This document shows positions 58,526 through 64,000 of a stretch of 64,000 bases of DNA, piece by piece; the first letter of the stretch is position 1; the number at the start of each line of letters is the position of its first letter. The DNA lies in assembly GCA_038896535.1 (NCBI GenBank), contig JAWACY010000001.1, forward strand, positions 32,001 to 96,000, read 5' to 3'. Position numbers and translations under genes: made by a program. The notes below the pieces were generated by a model that was not told the origin of the DNA, made no database searches, and worked only from the letters and a program-made list of their open reading frames with translations. The DNA is from Candidatus Anstonellales archaeon (GTDB lineage Archaea > Micrarchaeota > Micrarchaeia > Anstonellales > J096).

Positions 58526-59549
58526 TGGAAAAGCACCAAAATGGCTTTTTTTGAGAATGAAAGAACTTGCTGGGGCAATAGCAGAGCTTATAATAGATGA
58601 TTATGGGCCTGGTGAGTTTATAAAAAGGCTTAGCTCACCTTTTTGGTTCCAAGCTTTTGCTTGTTGTTTAGGTTTTGATTGGCATAGCTCTGGCACTACA
58701 ACAACTGCTGTTGCTGCTTTAAGAGAAGGTTACAAAGGGAATGAAATAAAAGTATTTGGTGGGAAGGGAAAAAAGGCAAATGAAATAGAAAGTTTTGGCA
58801 AAGAATATTTTTATAATGACTATAAAAAAATATGCTGCTTAATGCACAAAGGCTTAATAGATGGATACAACATATATTTTTCTTCTATTATAACAACTAG
58901 CGAAGAAACTGGCAAAGAATTTGTAATAATAAACCAAGGAATGAATGATCATTTATTATATGCAAGGAGATATCATTTCCATAGTTCATTTAGATTTTAT
59001 GAAGATCAAGAAAATATAGCTGGGTATGAAGGAAAGGCATTAAATACTATAAGTAGAAAGTCCAATGAATTGAGAAAAACAATGGTTGATATTGTCAATG
59101 ACGGCTTATTACCAAGAATGTTTAAAAAACAATGCAAAATAACAGATTTCTCTGATAAAGGAGAAATTTTAATAATGCCAAAAAGGCATTACATAACAAA
59201 TATCGATTTGAGTGAGAGGGATATTAGAATATTTGAAAAAATAATGGATTACAAGCCAAAAAGTTATGAAGAAATGCTTTTATTTAATGGCATGGGAAGA
59301 AAAAAAATAAGAGCATTGGCATTAATAGCAAACCTTATATATGGAGAAGAAATAGACTGGAAAGATCCTGTAAAATATAGCTTTGCTCATGGAGGAAAGG
59401 ATGGCATTCCATTCCCTGTTGATAAAATGATTTATGACGAGAATATAGAAATCCTTAAAGAGGCAGTAGAAGAAGCAAAGATAAAAGAGGGTATAAAAAT
59501 AAAAGCTCTAAAAAGCCTTGCAAAATTCATTAGTGATGAGCAATGTTAA
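58497..59549 (+). CDS. DUF763 family protein
   Basis: ADL.LH.GKAP.WLF.RM, PFWFQ...LGFDWHSSGTTT, ARRYH, DP.KYSFAHGGKDG.PFPVD. Confidence 0.9.
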   Translation: MQCADLALHDGKAPKWLFLRMKELAGAIAELIIDDYGPGEFIKRLSSPFWFQAFACCLGFDWHSSGTTTTAVAALREGYKGNEIKVFGGKGKKANEIESFGKEYFYNDYKKICCLMHKGLIDGYNIYFSSIITTSEETGKEFVIINQGMNDHLLYARRYHFHSSFRFYEDQENIAGYEGKALNTISRKSNELRKTMVDIVNDGLLPRMFKKQCKITDFSDKGEILIMPKRHYITNIDLSERDIRIFEKIMDYKPKSYEEMLLFNGMGRKKIRALALIANLIYGEEIDWKDPVKYSFAHGGKDGIPFPVDKMIYDENIEILKEAVEEAKIKEGIKIKALKSLAKFISDEQC

Positions 59550-60602
59550 TTATCTAGTGATTCTTGCTTGCTCCATCTCTTTTAAGTAATGCTCGTGTTT
59601 CTCAAAATATTTTCTTACTGGTTCTAAGTTCTCTATGAGCCAATCAGCAACATTTGATTTTAGGTCATTTGGATGGATGCTGCCCTTTTCATAAAGCGAC
59701 CTTAATTCTTTTATATTTCCAGTTACATCTCCCCCATATTTTTGTTCTCTTTTAATAGTAAATTCCTGTTCATCGCTTCTTAATATGATCCACTCCAATA
59801 TTTGCCATACTGGATTTTCTTCTGTATTTTTCTCTGGGCAATATGCTTTTGATATTTTTTGCCTTATTACTTCCGGGCTTTCATGGACAAAAAGTGCTGT
59901 TTCTGGCTTACTTTTGCTCATTTTCGTATCCTCTGGGTTCATTCTGTCAAAGCCTTGTAATGAGGGGATTAAATGCGTATGCAAAGCAATGAATGGCCTT
60001 TTATTAATCTTGCTTGCAACATCAAGAGCAAGCATATGTGCTTTTCTCTGATCCATGCCAGCATGTGCTATATCAATATCAAGCTTAAAAATATCAGCTG
60101 CTTGCATTATTGGATATATGACAAAGCTTGATGGCATAACATCGCTCTCTTTCCTGCCCATTATTGTTGTAGCTCTTAAAACTCTTGACAATGTTGCATT
60201 ATTAGCTATTTCCAGGCATGTTTTCCAGTAATCATTATCATATATATCACTTGCTAATATATAGGAAACGCTTTCCTCATCAAGGCCAAGAGATATAAAA
60301 ACATGCTTAAAATAACCCTTGGCAATTTTCCTTATTAAATCTAAATCACCGCCCAGTTTCTTATTTATCCAGCTATGGTAATCTGCTAAAAATATGCATG
60401 GTTTTATGCCTGCTTGCATTAAATCCTTTATTTTCACTGCTGTTGCAAGGCCTGTCCCAATATGAGCAAAGCCAGATATCTCGAAGCCTATATAATGCTT
60501 AATGTTGCTTTTTGTTTCTATTAATTCCCTTAACCTGTGCTCACTAACAATCTCTTCTGTTGGCCTCTTTTTTATCAATTCTATTTTTTCATCAACATCC
60601 AT
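59550..60602 (-). CDS. tyrS: Tyrosyl-tRNA synthetase
   Basis: HYIGFEISG..HIG, AD.HSWIN.KLGGD, YP.MQAADI, GMDQRKAH, KMSKS. Confidence 0.96.
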   Translation of the reverse strand: MDVDEKIELIKKRPTEEIVSEHRLRELIETKSNIKHYIGFEISGFAHIGTGLATAVKIKDLMQAGIKPCIFLADYHSWINKKLGGDLDLIRKIAKGYFKHVFISLGLDEESVSYILASDIYDNDYWKTCLEIANNATLSRVLRATTIMGRKESDVMPSSFVIYPIMQAADIFKLDIDIAHAGMDQRKAHMLALDVASKINKRPFIALHTHLIPSLQGFDRMNPEDTKMSKSKPETALFVHESPEVIRQKISKAYCPEKNTEENPVWQILEWIILRSDEQEFTIKREQKYGGDVTGNIKELRSLYEKGSIHPNDLKSNVADWLIENLEPVRKYFEKHEHYLKEMEQARITR

Positions 60603-60636
60603 AATAATATTTTATAAAGCATTTTTAAAATTATAC

Positions 60637-61395
60637 ATGAAGACAGATAAAAAACCAAATAAAAAACTTGGGCAACATTTTTTGATTGATAAAAAAGTAA
60701 TTTCCTCAATAGCAAATGAAATAAAAGGAGATATTGCTCTTGAAATTGGCGGCGGGACTGGAAATTTAAGCGCAGAGGTAATAAAAAATGTAAATGTCTT
60801 ATATATCATAGAAAAGGACAAAAAATTAGCCGATTATTTAAAATCAAAAATTCCAAATGCTATTATAATAAATGAGGATTTTTTAAAAATAAAGCCATTT
60901 AACGTTGATGTAATATTTGGTAACCTGCCTTATTATATATCTTCAAAAATTCTGTTTCGATTGTATGATTGGAATTTCTCTTATGCTATATTAATGTTTC
61001 AAAAAGAATTCGTTGAAAAAATGCTTGCAAAGCCAGGCAATAAAAATTTTGGAAGGTTAAGTTTTAATGCACAAAACTGCTATGAGATAGAAAAATTATT
61101 CTGCATAAAGAATACTGCTTTTAGGCCAGTGCCTAAAGTAATGAGTTGCGTAGTAAAAATAAAAAAGATAGAAAAAAGGGTAAAGTGCGATGATAAAATT
61201 ATAATAAGACTTTTCTCGCAAAAAAACAAAAAAATAAAAAATATATTCAAAAATGTTAAATTCGATTCTGATAATGTTAGCAATTTCCTTTCATCAATAG
61301 CAGAGAAAAGGCCATGGCAATTAAGCTTTGAAGAAATAAAAGTTTTGACTGAATATTTAGAAAATTTAGAAAAAAATGGAAAGGCAATTAATTAA
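60637..61395 (+). CDS. rsmA: 16S rRNA adenine dimethyltransferase (KsgA/Dim1)
   Basis: KKLGQHFL, LEIGGG.G, IEKD, GNLPYYISS, MFQKEF, F.P.PKV.S; start moved to 60637. Confidence 0.93.
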   Translation: MKTDKKPNKKLGQHFLIDKKVISSIANEIKGDIALEIGGGTGNLSAEVIKNVNVLYIIEKDKKLADYLKSKIPNAIIINEDFLKIKPFNVDVIFGNLPYYISSKILFRLYDWNFSYAILMFQKEFVEKMLAKPGNKNFGRLSFNAQNCYEIEKLFCIKNTAFRPVPKVMSCVVKIKKIEKRVKCDDKIIIRLFSQKNKKIKNIFKNVKFDSDNVSNFLSSIAEKRPWQLSFEEIKVLTEYLENLEKNGKAIN

Positions 61396-62029
61396 TTTTT
61401 TCCTGCGTTTTTTTATTTTCTTTATTTTGTTTAAGCTTTATAATAAATAAAAGTTGAATAAATGCTATGATTGAAAGAAATGCAAAAAACCATGTTATGT
61501 AGGGCCAATAAAAATCAAATATTAAGGATATGGCAATTAATAATATAGCAAAAACTCTTATTTTTCTTGGCATTATGCTCTCTATTTTTGCAGCTTCTTT
61601 TACTGATAGGACATTTCTGTGGCTGGCGTATGCTTTTGCAAAACTATGTAAAAAAGTGCCAAAAGAAAGAAATATGACAAGTATGTTTGTTGCATATGGA
61701 AATTTCAACATTAGAGTAAATATAAACATGAACTCAACAATCCTGTCTGCTATTCCATCTATAAATGCACCCCAGGAAGTAGTGATGTTCTTTGCTCTGG
61801 CAACATATCCATCAACAGCATCTAGAAGGAATGATATGCATATCAAAAAAATTGATATTAAATATTGGGAGTAATAAAAAAATAAAGAACCAAAAAAAGC
61901 AAATATTAAAGATGAATAAGTCAAATGGTCTGGATGAAAAGACATGAATGGCTTAGATAATAAGCTTCTTATGTTTTCTATTTTATCAGCATCGATTTTT
62001 TCTTCTTTGCCATTTTTCTTATTTCTCAT
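61388..62029 (-). CDS. CDP-alcohol phosphatidyltransferase
   Basis: HPD.LT, DAVDGYVAR......WGAFIDG.ADR signature. Confidence 0.9.
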   Translation of the reverse strand: MRNKKNGKEEKIDADKIENIRSLLSKPFMSFHPDHLTYSSLIFAFFGSLFFYYSQYLISIFLICISFLLDAVDGYVARAKNITTSWGAFIDGIADRIVEFMFIFTLMLKFPYATNILVIFLSFGTFLHSFAKAYASHRNVLSVKEAAKIESIMPRKIRVFAILLIAISLIFDFYWPYITWFFAFLSIIAFIQLLFIIKLKQNKENKKTQEKIN

Positions 62030-62044
62030 ATGACCACTATAATA

Positions 62045-63316
62045 TCAGCCAAACTTAAACCCAGGAAACATCTTTTGTATTTTTTTTATCATTCCCTTAT
62101 CAGAGGCCAATTTTTTAACAATCTTTTCTGTTTTAAAGTATTCATTCAACAAATTTATTACTTCTTGTTCAGATAGGCCTGAGCCTTTGGCTATTCTTCT
62201 TATTCTCGACTCGCTTTTTTTAACAATTTCTGGATTCCTTCTTTCTTCTTTGGTCATAGAATTTATCATTGCTTCATATTTACTTATCTTCTGTTCACCC
62301 TGTAATAAGGCTTGTTTTGGAATGTCATAAAGGCCTACCATAGATGCAATGTCTTGCAAAGGATTGGATTTAAATGCCTTAAGTTGATTATAAAAAGTTT
62401 CAAGATTAAATTCTCCCTCCTTTATCTCCTCTTCTTTTAATGCCTCAAACTTTTTTATAAGTGCATCTATATCAGGCATGCCGAGTATTTTTGCAATAAT
62501 GCTCTTTGAGCTGTATTGCTGTAATGCATCCATTTTTTCTCCTGTGCCAATAAATGCTATTGGCACTTTCAATCTTGCTAGTGCTGATAAAGCGCCACCT
62601 GCTTTACCTGATCCATCGAACTTTGTTATTATTGCTGCGGTTATTGGCATTGCTCTATTGAATGCTGCTGCTTGTTCTATAGCAACTTTCCCAATATCAG
62701 CAGATATAACAAGAAATACTGTATCTGGCTTTATTTTTTCATATTCATCTTTAAGAGTTCTTAAAAGTTCTTCATCTAAAGCATTTTTGCCGGCAGTATC
62801 TATTATCAATATGTCTTCTTTTCTTGATTTAATCAATTGGTCTAATTTATCAATGCTGTAGAAGTTTGCTGAAACCTGCTTAGCTATTTGTTCAAGCTGC
62901 TCTTGTGCTGCCTGCCTCTCTTTATCTGTGCTCAACATGGCAATAGATAATCCTTTCTTTTTGAAGAACATTGCAATCTTGCCTGCTGTTGTTGTTTTTC
63001 CAGAGCCATAAAGCCCTATCAAAGCAATAACCTGCCTTTTTATCTCTACATTATAAGATATGCCAAACATTGATTCAAGCTCTTCATATAATGCTTTTAT
63101 TGCTTTTTGTTTTAATGTGAATCCATCTGATTTATCGCTTAAAATTCTTTGCTTTAACTTGTTTGTTATCTCAAATGTAAGTTTTATATCAACATCAGAT
63201 GAAATAAGAGCTTTCTGCAATTCTTTCAGCATTTCATTTATGTCATTTTCATTTATAGCAATTTTTGACATAAAATCCTTGAATGCCTGCCTAAATCTTG
63301 AAAAAACATCATTCAT
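62045..63316 (-). CDS. srp54: Signal recognition particle protein SRP54
   Basis: GLYGSGKTTT, DTAG, TKFDG..K.GGALS, GTGE, M-domain SMT.EER.NP..SRIRRIA.GSG. Confidence 0.94.
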   Translation of the reverse strand: MNDVFSRFRQAFKDFMSKIAINENDINEMLKELQKALISSDVDIKLTFEITNKLKQRILSDKSDGFTLKQKAIKALYEELESMFGISYNVEIKRQVIALIGLYGSGKTTTAGKIAMFFKKKGLSIAMLSTDKERQAAQEQLEQIAKQVSANFYSIDKLDQLIKSRKEDILIIDTAGKNALDEELLRTLKDEYEKIKPDTVFLVISADIGKVAIEQAAAFNRAMPITAAIITKFDGSGKAGGALSALARLKVPIAFIGTGEKMDALQQYSSKSIIAKILGMPDIDALIKKFEALKEEEIKEGEFNLETFYNQLKAFKSNPLQDIASMVGLYDIPKQALLQGEQKISKYEAMINSMTKEERRNPEIVKKSESRIRRIAKGSGLSEQEVINLLNEYFKTEKIVKKLASDKGMIKKIQKMFPGFKFG

Positions 63317-64000
63317 TTATATCATCACTCTCTTTCAAATATATTTCTGCAATCTGTTCTGCATTATAATCATATAACATCTTCAATTTTTGCTCTGGTT
63401 TTTCCACTTTTCCTTCCAGTATTTTTATCAACGCATTATCATCATCCATCTTTAATTTTGCTTCTTGGTACTGCTCTTTCCATAAAGAAACTGCCTCTTT
63501 TAAATCTGCTTTCTTTATGTCCATATCTAAAAAAAGGTCTTTGAAAGACATAATATTGAAGAAATCTACTATTGCATTTTTTGTACTGCCTTTTAATATT
63601 AATTTTATTATTGCCCCTTCATTTTTTTGCTTTTCTTCTTTATATATCTCTTTTATTGTATTAATAATCTCTTCCTTTGTTGCATCATTGAAATGCACTT
63701 GTTTTATTACGATTGGCCTTTGCTCAATTTCTATAAATTTTGGTATACAATTATTTGTATCAATTACAGTAACGCCTCTTGGCTTTGCTTCATCTTCATT
63801 TATTGATGTAGCAAGTAAAGATCCGGGCAATATAACTGGCCAGTCATATATTCTTTTATGGATATGGCCATTAACAATAAGAAAAAAACCTAAAGATTTA
63901 AGATATTTAAGCTCTATTCCATCTCCTGGGCTATAGTCTTTTATATTCTGATGTATCATAAGCACTTTTTTCTCTCTCATCTCTGGGAGCCTTTGCTTTA
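63309..64000 (-). CDS. mre11: Mre11-like metallophosphoesterase, C-terminal part (5' end outside the window)
   Basis: VLMIHQ, VNGHIH, PGS, capping-domain-like region; frame open to the window edge. Confidence 0.75.
   Translation of the reverse strand, partial: KQRLPEMREKKVLMIHQNIKDYSPGDGIELKYLKSLGFFLIVNGHIHKRIYDWPVILPGSLLATSINEDEAKPRGVTVIDTNNCIPKFIEIEQRPIVIKQVHFNDATKEEIINTIKEIYKEEKQKNEGAIIKLILKGSTKNAIVDFFNIMSFKDLFLDMDIKKADLKEAVSLWKEQYQEAKLKMDDDNALIKILEGKVEKPEQKLKMLYDYNAEQIAEIYLKESDDINE

Noticed and set aside
60502..60636. N-terminal extension of RsmA (similar over-extensions at 6425, 29253, 40504, 26173)
   Set aside because: These overlap neighbouring genes or promoters; a downstream ATG matches the family start

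Overview
This is a gene-dense, AT-rich archaeal chromosome segment, most likely from a DPANN lineage. Micrarchaeota-like is my inference from the gene set and an 'FGC' lipoprotein-type leader. Most of it is housekeeping: rps6e, aIF2-gamma, RpoL, PolB, RFC-L, Topo VI A/B, RNase HII, Lhr+MPE, XPF, partial Mre11, TrpRS, TyrRS, SRP54, Sec61-beta (missing from the ORF track), SepF, AglB, IDI-2, GGR and a P-type ATPase. There are six tRNA genes (Arg-TCG, Lys-TTT, intron-containing Tyr-GTA, Asp-GTC, Arg-CCT, Ala-TGC). I found no integrase, transposase, cas gene or true CRISPR array. The most unusual signals are: (1) one family of 63-71 bp palindromic tandem repeats, found as two arrays 22 kb apart, each attached to the 3' end of a tRNA-Arg gene; (2) a four-gene array of single-TM, two-Cys paralogues that are mosaics of one another, with a duplicated promoter module; (3) a PriS-like primase whose conserved N-terminus has no standard start codon and can be reached from the upstream ORF by a -1 shift at C CCT TTT; (4) a degenerate PP2C-like gene facing two stand-alone membrane-sensor-like paralogues, one of them frameshifted. 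All product calls come from motif recognition by eye; no database search was run.
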